DNA of 64,000 nucleotides from a virus (Duplodnaviria; Heunggongvirae; Uroviricota; Caudoviricetes), in IMG/VR virus record IMGVR_UViG_2721755721_000001. One strand, written 5' to 3'. Made by a program: the position numbers and the translations under genes. Of the stretch, positions 18,009 to 27,665 are shown piece after piece. Below the pieces are notes generated by a model, which was not told the origin of the DNA, made no database searches, and was given only the letters and a program-made list of their open reading frames with translations. Each line of letters starts with the position of its first letter. Positions within the stretch are counted from its first letter, which is position 1.

Positions 18009-19034
18009 TTATGGGCGAGTGATGGTTGATGCGTTTCCGTTTTCTATTACACCTGCTCGTATCGTGTAGCTTCCCAAGATTTTTACTGTCCTGTTTTCTT
18101 TCATTGCATCAAACAGTATGGCGATCTCGTCTTTATCATCTATGAACGACGTGTCCACCGAAACAGGGAAACTGTCTTCACTAGATGGTTCGCGGCAGCT
18201 TAGGGTTATCTTTTCCGCAGTACGCTTGATTCCATCAATGACTAATTCAAGGTTTCTTTCTTCTTTTTTTGCTTTTTCGATAGGGTTCTTGATTAGTTCG
18301 TGGATTTCTTTGTTAGACAGTTCAACTGTGCTTGCGCCTGATATGACAATTTTGTCAGCATCAGACGCGCCTTTTAATACCCCTGTATACGCTTTTGCAG
18401 TATGCTCTTGAATCCCTTCGGCGCGCTCTACTGCATCTATGCCCGCTTTAGCTCTAATCGCCTCAAGCATTCCGTCCCTTAATATCGTCATGCGCTCGTT
18501 TTCTGATTTAATCTTGGCTTCTTCGAGCTTTGTTTCTTCTTGCTTGACTTCTACTTCGGCTTTTTTCTCTAAGTATGATGTACCAACCCATGCACCGCCT
18601 ATAACGGTGACAGCAAACAAGAAGCATAATGTTTTTTGGCTAGGACTCATACCGTGTGTTACCTTCTCAAAGGCTTTACCGAATGCTTCAAAAAGCTTTG
18701 TTAATGCAGCAAGTATATCAGTACAACCTTCATTAATGGTAAAGATGATCTCTGCTTCCTCTTTATCTTTACCAGTTAACCTTTGAAGGTTGTCAGTTTT
18801 ATATTTTATTAGTGTGAAAACTTTATAAATTTCAGTCTGAAATTCGCATAAACCCTGAGCTAGAGGAGATGGAAGCGTTCCGTTGTAGCGAGAAGGATCA
18901 CCATAAATCTTAAAATTCACATTATTGAAGAGGTCTAACTTGATCCTGTCGATAGTGATCTCTTCGCCACCATCTAACCTTGCAAACAAAGATTCAATGT
19001 CGTCCAGACTTGAAACATTAATAATATCTTTCAT
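18009..19034 (-). CDS. hypothetical protein, 341 aa, one central TM helix; occupies the rexAB position
   Basis: complete AT-rich ORF between cI and pL; hydrophobic TLCFLFAVTVIGGAWVGTSYL; TATAAT (minus, 19065-19070) upstream; no family recognised. Confidence 0.6.
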   Translation of the reverse strand: MKDIINVSSLDDIESLFARLDGGEEITIDRIKLDLFNNVNFKIYGDPSRYNGTLPSPLAQGLCEFQTEIYKVFTLIKYKTDNLQRLTGKDKEEAEIIFTINEGCTDILAALTKLFEAFGKAFEKVTHGMSPSQKTLCFLFAVTVIGGAWVGTSYLEKKAEVEVKQEETKLEEAKIKSENERMTILRDGMLEAIRAKAGIDAVERAEGIQEHTAKAYTGVLKGASDADKIVISGASTVELSNKEIHELIKNPIEKAKKEERNLELVIDGIKRTAEKITLSCREPSSEDSFPVSVDTSFIDDKDEIAILFDAMKENRTVKILGSYTIRAGVIENGNASTITRP

Positions 19035-19114
19035 TACAACACCTTCGGCACAACCTTGCTAGTTAAATTAGTGATTATAAAAATTGGATACTTACCAGCT
19101 ATGTGACGATGAAG

Positions 19115-19822
19115 TCACGAACTTTTCAGCCACTCCCTTGCCTCGATGTCATCCAGATGGCGAGATTGCTTCAGAATACCAGCTACATACTCCACCTTTG
19201 CTACTTGATGATAAGGCAACGTTATAGGCCTGTGATCCTGGTTAATGCTTGTAAATTGGTATTCTCCATCTCTGTCATAGCCAAGAACCTTAATCATGTT
19301 GTGTCCTTCAACGGTTCTGACAAACACCTCATCACCCGGGAATACTTTGGTGTTAGGCTCAATGAGTACATATTCTCCTGATTTTATTCTGGGCCACATG
19401 CTGTCTCCTTTCACACGAAGACCAAAGGCATCTGGATCATCGCTATAAATTTTGAGCCACCCATCGCGCTCTTCGGTCATCTCGATGGCACCATCAACAC
19501 CAAGAATTGCCTCACCAACCACGCGCACTAACCCTTTTTTTAATTTGCCAACAAATGAAAGAGTATCTTCATCATTCGCTCCATTTAACGAAGTGCCGTG
19601 CTGAAGCCAAACAACATCAACGTTTAGAAATTTCGCAAGCGCATTCATTTTTTCCTGACGCGGTAAAGACTCAGCATTAAACCATTTGCTAACGCCTTTG
19701 GACGAAAGAGAAAGGGCACGGGCTATAGCCATTCCCCTACCATGTTCATCAAGACCAGCTTCTTTACAGGCTTGCGCTAGCCGCTGGGCGAATTCTTTGC
19801 GCACTTTTTCATTCTGAACCAT
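19115..19822 (-). CDS. cI: cI-type prophage repressor (HTH plus S24 LexA-like peptidase domain)
   Basis: 235 aa; N-terminal HTH region; C-terminal GDSMWPRIKSGEYVLIEPN and Lys motif typical of autocleaving repressors. Confidence 0.85.
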   Translation of the reverse strand: MVQNEKVRKEFAQRLAQACKEAGLDEHGRGMAIARALSLSSKGVSKWFNAESLPRQEKMNALAKFLNVDVVWLQHGTSLNGANDEDTLSFVGKLKKGLVRVVGEAILGVDGAIEMTEERDGWLKIYSDDPDAFGLRVKGDSMWPRIKSGEYVLIEPNTKVFPGDEVFVRTVEGHNMIKVLGYDRDGEYQFTSINQDHRPITLPYHQVAKVEYVAGILKQSRHLDDIEAREWLKSS

Positions 19823-19900
19823 GAGTACGATACTAAAGCACTTGCAAAAACTTTCAGTTCAACCATAATACGTACTGAAAGTACGAAAAAGGATATTCCT
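19823..19900. promoter_or_regulatory. cI-cro divergent promoter/operator region (OR-like)
   Basis: palindrome GTACTGAAAGTAC at 19872-19884; related ACTTTCAGT at 19850-19858; AGTACGATACT at 19824. Confidence 0.5.
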
Positions 19901-20128
19901 ATGCAAAATCTTGATGAGCCGATTAAAGGTGTCGGCATCCCTGAAGTTGCGAAGGCTTGTGGAGTTAGCGAAAGGGCTGTCTATAAGTGGCTCAAAAACG
20001 GCTTCCTCCCTAAGACTGAGTTTTTTGGGAAAACTAAATACGCATCAAAAATCGAAGAGATTTCTGGTGGCAAATATCAAGCAAGCGAAATGCTTGAAAT
20101 AAGCAAAAAGAACCTTCTGGCTGCATAA
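19901..20128 (+). CDS. cro: Cro-like HTH repressor
   Basis: 75 aa HTH protein divergent from cI. Confidence 0.7.
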   Translation: MQNLDEPIKGVGIPEVAKACGVSERAVYKWLKNGFLPKTEFFGKTKYASKIEEISGGKYQASEMLEISKKNLLAA

Positions 20129-20266
20129 GTAACACCGCTATTTTCACAATGGACATTCGTCCTACGTCGCTGACAAAGCGAGTCCCAATATATCTGACCA
20201 ACTAAGGCCATATGCGTTTCCACGCATACCTTTCAACTAGCTATTCGCTATTGGAAATCTTAAGAA

Positions 20267-20563
20267 ATGGAACAAACAAGTTACAGCAAACTATCACAGC
20301 GAGAAATTGATCGCGCTGAAACTGATTTACTCATCAACCTGTCAACGCTTACCCAGCGCGGTCTGGCAAAGATGATTGGCTGTCATGAATCGAAGATAAG
20401 CAGAACAGACTGGAGGTTTATAGCTTCGGTCTTGTGTGCTTTTGGCATGGCATCAGACATCAGTCCGATTAGCAGAGCTTTTAAGTATGCGCTTGATGAA
20501 ATCACAAAGAAAAAATCCCCGGTGGCCGCCGGGGACTCTAAGCAAATTGATATGCAATTCTGA
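20267..20563 (+). CDS. cII: cII-like transcriptional activator
   Basis: 98 aa; HTH and C-terminal ...KKKSPVAAGDSKQIDMQF resembling lambda cII. Confidence 0.7.
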   Translation: MEQTSYSKLSQREIDRAETDLLINLSTLTQRGLAKMIGCHESKISRTDWRFIASVLCAFGMASDISPISRAFKYALDEITKKKSPVAAGDSKQIDMQF

Positions 20564-20595
20564 GGGAATTACTGGATCAATCCACAGGAGTCATT

Positions 20596-21534
20596 ATGAC
20601 AAATACAGCAAAAATACTCAACTTCGGCAGAGGTAACTTTGCCGAACAGGAGCGTAATGTGGCAGATCTCGATGATGGTTACGCCAGACTATCAAATATG
20701 CTGCTTGAGGCTTATTCAGGCGCAGATCTGACCAAGCGACAGTTTAAAGTGCTGCTTGCCATTCTGCGTAAAACCTATGGGTGGAATAAACCAATGGACA
20801 GAATCACCGATTCTCAACTTAGCGAGATTACAAAGTTACCCGTCAAACGGTGCAATGAAGCCAAGTTAGAACTCGTCAGAATGAATATTATCAAGCAGCA
20901 AGGCGGCATGTTTGGACCAAATAAAAACACCTCAGAATGGTGCATCCCTCAAAACGAGGGAGGTTCCCCTAAAATGAGGGACATCCCTCAAAACGAGGGA
21001 AAATCCCCTAAAACGAGGGATAAAACATCCCTCAAATTAGGGGATTGCTATCCCTCAAAACAGGGGGACACAAAAGACACTATTACAAAAGAAAAAAGAA
21101 AAGATTATTCGTCCGAGAATTCTGGCGAATCCTCTGACCAGCCAGAAAACGATCTTTCTGTGGTTAAACCGGATGCTGCAATTCAGAGCGGCAGCAAGTG
21201 GGGGACAGCAGAAGACCTGACCGCCGCAGAGTGGATGTTTGACATGGTGAAGACCATCGCGCCATCAGCCAGAAAACCGAATTTTGCAGGGTGGGCTAAC
21301 GATATCCGCCTGATGCGTGAACGTGACGGACGTAACCACCGCGACATGTGCGTGCTGTTCCGCTGGGCATGCCAGGACAACTTCTGGTCCGGTAACGTGC
21401 TTAGCCCGGCCAAACTCCGCGACAAGTGGACCCAGCTCGAAATCAACCGTAACAAGCAACAGGCAGGCGTGACAGCCAGCAAACCAAAACTCGACCTGAC
21501 AAACACTGACTGGATTTACGGGGTGGATTTATGA
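20596..21534 (+). CDS. O: replication initiator O
   Basis: near-identical to lambda O as recalled, with a 13-aa insertion in the iteron-binding region. Confidence 0.95.
   Translation: MTNTAKILNFGRGNFAEQERNVADLDDGYARLSNMLLEAYSGADLTKRQFKVLLAILRKTYGWNKPMDRITDSQLSEITKLPVKRCNEAKLELVRMNIIKQQGGMFGPNKNTSEWCIPQNEGGSPKMRDIPQNEGKSPKTRDKTSLKLGDCYPSKQGDTKDTITKEKRKDYSSENSGESSDQPENDLSVVKPDAAIQSGSKWGTAEDLTAAEWMFDMVKTIAPSARKPNFAGWANDIRLMRERDGRNHRDMCVLFRWACQDNFWSGNVLSPAKLRDKWTQLEINRNKQQAGVTASKPKLDLTNTDWIYGVDL
20944..21069. repeat. ori-lambda-type iterons within O (six units)
   Basis: six 18-19-bp repeats of ATCCCTCAAAACGAGGGA type, versus four recalled for lambda. Confidence 0.8.
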
Positions 21535-22232
21535 AAAACATCGCCGCACAGATGGTTAACTTTGACCGTGAGCAGATGCGTCGGATCGCCAACAACATGC
21601 CGGAACAGTACGACGAAAAGCCGCAGGTACAGCAGGTAGCGCAGATCATCAACGGTGTGTTCAGCCAGTTACTGGCAACTTTCCCAGCGAGCCTGGCTAA
21701 CCGTGACCAGAACGAACTGAACGAAATCCGCCGCCAGTGGGTTCTGGCTTTCCGGGAAAACGGGATCACCACAATGGAACAGGTTAACGCAGGAATGCGC
21801 GTAGCCCGTCGGCAGAATCGACCATTTCTGCCATCACCCGGGCAGTTTGTTGCATGGTGCCGGGAAGAAGCATCCGTTACCGCCGGACTGCCAAACGTCA
21901 GCGAGCTGGTTGATATGGTTTACGAGTATTGCCGGAAGCGAGGCCTGTATCCGGATGCGGAGTCTTATCCGTGGAAATCAAACGCGCACTACTGGCTGGT
22001 TACCAACCTGTATCAGAACATGCGGGCCAATGCGCTTACTGATGCGGAATTACGGCGCAAGGCTGCCGATGAACTGACCTGTATGACAGCGCGAATTAAC
22101 CGTGGTGAGACGATACCTGAACCAGTAAAACAACTTCCTGTCATGGGCGGCAGACCTCTAAATCGTGTTCAGGCGCTGGCGAAGATTGCAGAAATTAAAG
22201 CTAAGTTCGGACTGAAAGGAGCAAGTGTATGA
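21531..22232 (+). CDS. P: replication protein P (DnaB loader)
   Basis: 233 aa, near-identical to lambda P as recalled. Confidence 0.95.
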   Translation: MKNIAAQMVNFDREQMRRIANNMPEQYDEKPQVQQVAQIINGVFSQLLATFPASLANRDQNELNEIRRQWVLAFRENGITTMEQVNAGMRVARRQNRPFLPSPGQFVAWCREEASVTAGLPNVSELVDMVYEYCRKRGLYPDAESYPWKSNAHYWLVTNLYQNMRANALTDAELRRKAADELTCMTARINRGETIPEPVKQLPVMGGRPLNRVQALAKIAEIKAKFGLKGASV

Positions 22233-22519
22233 CGGGCAAAGAGGCAATTATTCATTACCTGGGGGCGCATAATAGCTTCTGTGCGCCGGACGTTGCCGCG
22301 CTAACAGGCGCAACAGTAACCAGCATAAATCAGGCCGCGGCTAAAATGGCACGGGCAGGTCTTCTGGTTATCGAAGGTAAGGTCTGGCGAACGGTGTATT
22401 ACCGGTTCGCTACTAGGGAAGAACGGGAAGGAAAGATGAGCACGAACCTGGTTTTTAAGGAGTGTCGCCAGAGTGCCGCGATGAAACGGGTATTGGCGGT
22501 ATATGGAGTTAAAAGATGA
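22229..22519 (+). CDS. ren: Ren
   Basis: 96 aa, near-identical to lambda Ren as recalled. Confidence 0.9.
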   Translation: MTGKEAIIHYLGAHNSFCAPDVAALTGATVTSINQAAAKMARAGLLVIEGKVWRTVYYRFATREEREGKMSTNLVFKECRQSAAMKRVLAVYGVKR

Positions 22520-22592
22520 CCATCTACATTACTGAGCTAATAACAGGCCTGCTGGTAATCGCAGGCCTTTTTATTTGGGGGAGAGGGAAGTC

Positions 22593-23033
22593 ATGAAAAA
22601 ACTAACCTTTGAAATTCGATCTCCAGCACATCAGCAAAACGCTATTCACGCAGTACAGCAAATCCTTCCAGACCCAACCAAACCAATCGTAGTAACCATT
22701 CAGGAACGCAACCGCAGCTTAGACCAAAACAGGAAGCTATGGGCCTGCTTAGGTGACGTCTCTCGTCAGGTTGAATGGCATGGTCGCTGGCTGGATGCAG
22801 AAAGCTGGAAGTGTGTGTTTACCGCAGCATTAAAGCAGCAGGATGTTGTTCCTAACCTTGCCGGGAATGGCTTTGTGGTAATAGGCCAGTCAACCAGCAG
22901 GATGCGTGTAGGCGAATTTGCGGAGCTATTAGAGCTTATACAGGCATTCGGTACAGAGCGTGGCGTTAAGTGGTCAGACGAAGCGAGACTGGCTCTGGAG
23001 TGGAAAGCGAGATGGGGAGATCGGGCTGCATGA
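22593..23033 (+). CDS. ninB: NinB recombination protein
   Basis: 146 aa from MKKLTFEIRSPAHQQNAIHAV, matches lambda NinB. Confidence 0.9.
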   Translation: MKKLTFEIRSPAHQQNAIHAVQQILPDPTKPIVVTIQERNRSLDQNRKLWACLGDVSRQVEWHGRWLDAESWKCVFTAALKQQDVVPNLAGNGFVVIGQSTSRMRVGEFAELLELIQAFGTERGVKWSDEARLALEWKARWGDRAA

Positions 23034-23557
23034 CTATCAAATCAAATACGCCAGCACACGACAAGGACTGCTGGCAAACGCCGCTTTGGCTTTTTGATGC
23101 ACTGGATATTGAGTTTGGATTCTGGCTGGATTCGGCAGCGAGCGACAAAAATGCTCTGTGTGCTCACTGGCTAACTGAGGCCGACGACGCGCTCAATTCT
23201 GAGTGGGTAAGCCACGGTGCAATCTGGAATAACCCACCGTACAGCAATATCAGGCCGTGGGTGGAAAAAGCCGCTGAGCAGTGCATACAACAGCGACAGA
23301 CGGTAGTTATGCTTGTGCCAGAGGATATGTCAGTCGGATGGTTCAGCAAGGCTCTGGAGAGTGTCGACGAAGTTCGCATTATCACTGATGGACGGATTAA
23401 TTTTATCGAACCATCGACAGGGCTGGAGAAGAAGGGAAACAGCAAAGGCTCCATGCTGCTGATTTGGCGACCGTTCATCAGTCCTCGACGGATGTTTACT
23501 ACCGTATCCAAAGCGGCATTGATGGCGATCGGGCAGGGCGTCAGGAGGGCGGCATGA
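23030..23557 (+). CDS. phage DNA N6-adenine methyltransferase (Dam-like)
   Basis: NPPY motif (IWNNPPYSN); ATG at 23030 overlaps ninB stop. Confidence 0.7.
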   Translation: MTIKSNTPAHDKDCWQTPLWLFDALDIEFGFWLDSAASDKNALCAHWLTEADDALNSEWVSHGAIWNNPPYSNIRPWVEKAAEQCIQQRQTVVMLVPEDMSVGWFSKALESVDEVRIITDGRINFIEPSTGLEKKGNSKGSMLLIWRPFISPRRMFTTVSKAALMAIGQGVRRAA

Positions 23558-23736
23558 GGCGACAGCGACGAAGTTTCACCGACATAATCTGTGAAAACTG
23601 CAAATACCTTCCAACGAAACGCTCCAGAAATAAACGCAAGCCAATCCCAAAAGAATCTGACGTAAAAACCTTCAATTACACGGCTCACCTGTGGGATATC
23701 CGGTGGCTAAGACATCGTGCGAGGAAAACAAGGTGA
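23554..23736 (+). CDS. ninE: NinE
   Basis: 60 aa [60 protein letters not shown], matches lambda NinE. Confidence 0.9.
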   Translation: MRRQRRSFTDIICENCKYLPTKRSRNKRKPIPKESDVKTFNYTAHLWDIRWLRHRARKTR

Positions 23737-24010
23737 TTGACGCGATGATTTATTCGGGGCTATATTCCTCACGCGCCAGCAAAATCTGGCGTCGGGATTG
23801 GCGTCCTGGATAGAGACCGCGACAGATACACGCCGCGAGCGTGTTTTTTATTGTCGTATGCACGCGCACATCTGAATTATGGTGGGCTGTGTGGGGGCGG
23901 AGAGATCCGCGCCGGTCGGTTTCCCGGTTACGCCAACCCTGCACAGTTCACCACCAGACGATTGGCGTCGTCGGTGGTGAGTTATTAAGAAACCACCAGA
24001 GGGCGTCATT

Positions 24011-24745
24011 ATGACAACTCAAATTTCTGTTGAAACTCTCTCCCCGATCACCCATAACCAGATTCCTGTTATTACCACCGAACTTTTGGCGCAGCTTTAC
24101 GGCACTGAGCCGGTGCGTATTCGCCAGAATCATCATGAGAACAAAGTACGCTTCGTTGAAGGGAAACACTTTTTCAAAGTTGTTGGTAATGACCTTAAAG
24201 AATTGCGGGTAGCTTTAAACTACTCACAAAATTTGCGGGTTACTTTAAGTAACTCACAAAATTTGCAACCATCTTTAAGAGGGTTACAAATTTCCCCGAA
24301 AGCCCGCTCCCTCATACTCTGGACAGAACGAGGCGCAGCCCGTCACGCAAAAATGCTCGAAACTGATCAGGCGTGGGATGTGTTCGAAAAACTGGAAGAC
24401 TGCTATTTCAGCCAGTGCGAGAAAAATACTGGCAAACAAGAGAAGAAGCTCAACGGGCTTTCCGCAAAAGAAACAGACAGCCTTGTATGGCTGTGGGATT
24501 ATGCCAACCGCTCACAGGCATTGTTCCGTGAGTTGTATCCCGCATTAAAACTGATTCAGTCTGGCTATTCCGGCATATGCCACGACTACGGCTATGAGTT
24601 CTCGTATATCATCGGGAGGGCGAGGGGCGTTTTAATTAATCACACGCGGGATATAGATATTTATGAGCCTGACGGGCCGACGAACCTTCTGGCATGGGAA
24701 AGGCTTAAGAACAAAGAGTTGCCGCCTTCACTGCATCGCTACTGA
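24011..24745 (+). CDS. Roi-like / antirepressor-like DNA-binding protein
   Basis: N-terminal [21 protein letters not shown] pattern; internal tandem DNA repeats at 24196-24300. Confidence 0.5.
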   Translation: MTTQISVETLSPITHNQIPVITTELLAQLYGTEPVRIRQNHHENKVRFVEGKHFFKVVGNDLKELRVALNYSQNLRVTLSNSQNLQPSLRGLQISPKARSLILWTERGAARHAKMLETDQAWDVFEKLEDCYFSQCEKNTGKQEKKLNGLSAKETDSLVWLWDYANRSQALFRELYPALKLIQSGYSGICHDYGYEFSYIIGRARGVLINHTRDIDIYEPDGPTNLLAWERLKNKELPPSLHRY

Positions 24746-24813
24746 CAATTGACAACTTAACAAACCCAGCTTCGGCTGGGTTTTTTATTGCTGAATTTTC
24801 AATGTGAGAGGAC

Positions 24814-25542
24814 ATGACAATGAATGAGCTGATAAATAGCAATGCCATCAAAATGACAAGCATTGAAATCGCTGAGTTGGTGGGAAGCCAACACGGTAAT
24901 GTCAGAATATCAATAGAACGTCTGGCAAAGCGTGGGGTGATTCAACTTCCTTCAATGCAAAAAGTTGAAAATAAACAAACAATTAGCCCTAACAAATTCA
25001 CAAGCGTGTATATATTCGAAGGCGAACAAGGTAAGCGAGACAGCATTATTGTCGTCGCTCAGTTGTCGCCGGAATTCACCGCTCGCCTTGTTGACCGCTG
25101 GCGAGAACTCGAAGGGGCAACCGCGAAAATACCACAAACCTTTTCTGAGGCATTGCGCCTTGCGGCCGACCTTGAAGACCAGAAGGCTGAACTGGAGAAA
25201 CAGCTTGCTCTCGCAGCACCTAAAGTTGAGTTTGCCGATCGCGTTGGCGAGGCCAGCGGAATTTTGATTGGAAACTTTGCAAAGGTTGTTGGTATTGGTC
25301 CAAACAAACTGTTTGCGTGGATGCGCGATCACAAAATCCTTATTGCTTCAGGTGCCCGGCGCAATGTGCCAATGCAGGAATATATGGATCGCGGCTATTT
25401 CACAGTGAAAGAAACAGCGGTCAATACAAATCACGGAATACAGATATCGTTCACCACAAAAATCACCGGGCGTGGTCAACAGTGGCTGACAAGAAAGCTG
25501 CTAGATAACGGAATGCTTAAAGTAACAGGGGAGGCTGCTTAA
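24814..25542 (+). CDS. Rha-family regulatory protein with KilAC-like C-terminal domain (antirepressor)
   Basis: N-terminal Rha-like region ([30 protein letters not shown]) and antirepressor-like C-terminal region. Confidence 0.6.
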   Translation: MTMNELINSNAIKMTSIEIAELVGSQHGNVRISIERLAKRGVIQLPSMQKVENKQTISPNKFTSVYIFEGEQGKRDSIIVVAQLSPEFTARLVDRWRELEGATAKIPQTFSEALRLAADLEDQKAELEKQLALAAPKVEFADRVGEASGILIGNFAKVVGIGPNKLFAWMRDHKILIASGARRNVPMQEYMDRGYFTVKETAVNTNHGIQISFTTKITGRGQQWLTRKLLDNGMLKVTGEAA

Positions 25543-26147
25543 TGGCTAAACCAGCGCGAAGGAAATGCAAAATCTGTAAGGAATGGTTTCACCCGGCATT
25601 CTCAAATCAGTGGTGGTGCAGCCCGGAACACGGAACTAAATTAGCGCTCGAACGACGAAATAAAGAACGCGAAAAGGCGGAAAAAACAGCAGAGAAGAAA
25701 CGACGACGAGAGGAGCAGAAACAGAAAGATAAACTTAAGATTCGAAAACTCGCCTTAAAGCCCCGCAGTTACTGGATTAAACAAGCCCAACAAGCCGTAA
25801 ACGCCTTCATCAGAGAAAGAGACCGCGACTTACCATGTATCTCGTGCGGAACGCTCACGTCTGCTCAGTGGGATGCCGGACATTACCGGACAACTGCTGC
25901 GGCACCTCAACTCCGATTTGATGAACGCAATATTCACAAGCAATGCGTGGTGTGCAACCAGCACAAAAGCGGAAATCTCGTTCCGTATCGCGTCGAACTG
26001 ATTAGCCGCATCGGGCAGGAAGCAGTAGACGAAATCGAATCAAACCATAACCGCCATCGCTGGACTGTCGAAGAGTGCAAGGCGATCAAGGCAGAGTACC
26101 AACAGAAACTCAAAGACCTGCGAAACAGCAGAAGTGAGGCTGCATGA
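25542..26147 (+). CDS. ninG: NinG (Rap) recombination endonuclease
   Basis: 201 aa, near-identical to lambda NinG as recalled. Confidence 0.9.
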   Translation: MAKPARRKCKICKEWFHPAFSNQWWCSPEHGTKLALERRNKEREKAEKTAEKKRRREEQKQKDKLKIRKLALKPRSYWIKQAQQAVNAFIRERDRDLPCISCGTLTSAQWDAGHYRTTAAAPQLRFDERNIHKQCVVCNQHKSGNLVPYRVELISRIGQEAVDEIESNHNRHRWTVEECKAIKAEYQQKLKDLRNSRSEAA

Positions 26148-26809
26148 ATATCTACGAAAGAATTGATGGCAGCAAATACCGAAATATTTGGGTAGTTGGC
26201 GATCTGCACGGATGCTACACGAACCTGATGAAAAAACTGGAGACGATAGGATTCGACACCAAAAAAGACCTGCTTATCTCGGTTGGCGATTTGGTTGATC
26301 GTGGTGCAGAGAACGTTGAATGCCTGGAATTAATCACATTCCCCTGGTTCAGAGCTGTACGTGGAAACCATGAGCACATGATGATTGATGGCTTATCAGA
26401 GCGTGGAAACGTCAATCACTGGCTGCTTAATGGCGGTGGCTGGTTCTTTAATCTCGATTACGACAAAGAAATTCTGGCTAAAGCTCTTGCCCATAAAGCA
26501 GATGAACTTCCGTTAATCATCGAACTGGTGAGTAAAGGAAAAAAATATGTCATCTGCCACGCCGATTATCCTTGTGATGAATACGAGTTTGGAAAGCCAG
26601 TTGATCATCAGCAGGTAATCTGGAACCGCGAACGAATCAGCAACTCACAAGACGGGATCGTGAAAGAAATCAAAGGCGCGGACACGTTCATCTTTGGTCA
26701 TACGCCAGCAGTGAAACCACTCAAGTTTGCCAACCAGATGTATATCGATACCGGCGCAGTGTTCTGCGGAAACCTCACATTGATTCAGGTACAGGGAGAA
26801 GGCGCATGA
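26144..26809 (+). CDS. ninI: NinI Ser/Thr protein phosphatase
   Basis: 221 aa; GDLHG and GNHE metallophosphatase motifs; near-identical to lambda NinI. Confidence 0.9.
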   Translation: MNIYERIDGSKYRNIWVVGDLHGCYTNLMKKLETIGFDTKKDLLISVGDLVDRGAENVECLELITFPWFRAVRGNHEHMMIDGLSERGNVNHWLLNGGGWFFNLDYDKEILAKALAHKADELPLIIELVSKGKKYVICHADYPCDEYEFGKPVDHQQVIWNRERISNSQDGIVKEIKGADTFIFGHTPAVKPLKFANQMYIDTGAVFCGNLTLIQVQGEGA

Positions 26810-27429
26810 GACTCGAAAGCGTAGCTAAATTTCATTCGCCAAAAAGCCCGATGATGAGCGACTCACCACGGGCTACGGCTTCTGACTCTCTTTCCGGTAC
26901 TGATGTGATGGCTGCTATGGGAATGGCGCAATCACAAGCCGGATTCGGAATGGCTGCATTCTGTGGTAAGCACGAACTCAGCCAGAACGACAAACAAAAG
27001 GCTATCAACTATCTGATGCAATTTGCACACAAGGTATCGGGGAAATACCGTGGTGTGGCAAAGCTCGAAGGAAATACTAAGGCAAAGGTACTGCAAGTGC
27101 TCGCAATATTTGCTTATGCGGATTATTGCCGTAGTGCCGCGACGCCGGGCGCAAGATGCAGAGATTGCCACGGTACAGGTCGGGCAGTTGATATAGCCAA
27201 AACAGAGCTGTGGGGGAGAGTTGTTGAGAAAGAATGCGGAAGATGCAAAGGTGTCGGCTATTCAAGAATGCCAGCAAGCGCCGCATATCGCGCTGTAACG
27301 ATGCTAATCCCAAACCTTACTCAACCCACCTGGTCACGCACTGTTAAGCCGCTGTATGACGCTCTGGTTGTGCAATGCCACAAGGAAGAGTCAATCGCAG
27401 ACAACATTTTGAATGCGATCACACGTTAG
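26806..27429 (+). CDS. Q: Q late antiterminator
   Basis: 207 aa, near-identical to lambda Q as recalled. Confidence 0.95.
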   Translation: MRLESVAKFHSPKSPMMSDSPRATASDSLSGTDVMAAMGMAQSQAGFGMAAFCGKHELSQNDKQKAINYLMQFAHKVSGKYRGVAKLEGNTKAKVLQVLAIFAYADYCRSAATPGARCRDCHGTGRAVDIAKTELWGRVVEKECGRCKGVGYSRMPASAAYRAVTMLIPNLTQPTWSRTVKPLYDALVVQCHKEESIADNILNAITR

Positions 27430-27473
27430 CGCCATGATTGCCACGGATGGCAACATATTAACGGCATAATATT

Positions 27474-27502
27474 GACTTTTTGAATAACTTTGGGGAAACT
27501 TG
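27474..27502 (+). promoter_or_regulatory. pR'-like late promoter with overlapping qut region
   Basis: TTGACTTTTTGAATAACTTTGGGGAAACTTGAC resembles lambda pR' TTGACTTATTGAATAAAATTGGGTAAATTTGAC. Confidence 0.55.
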
Positions 27503-27665
27503 ACACCAATAATGGGCGTTTTTTACATGTCATTGATGAGCTCAATAACCTGCCGCCGAGTAGTTTTTATGCTCTGAATTGTATTTGTGTAGTAAACATG
27601 CTGACTGCAATGTAATAGAGTTTTTTTAGCCTGTAACCTCTTGACGGCATTGAATTGCTTTTGTT

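Noticed and set aside
20944-21069. Regularly spaced short repeats considered as a possible CRISPR array
   Set aside because: They lie inside the O coding sequence, lack unique spacers of CRISPR size and match lambda ori iterons; no CRISPR array is present in the window
23750-23944. 64-aa minus-strand ORF between ninE and the Roi-like gene
   Set aside because: Arg-rich low-complexity translation in an intergenic promoter region; opposite to the surrounding plus-strand operon
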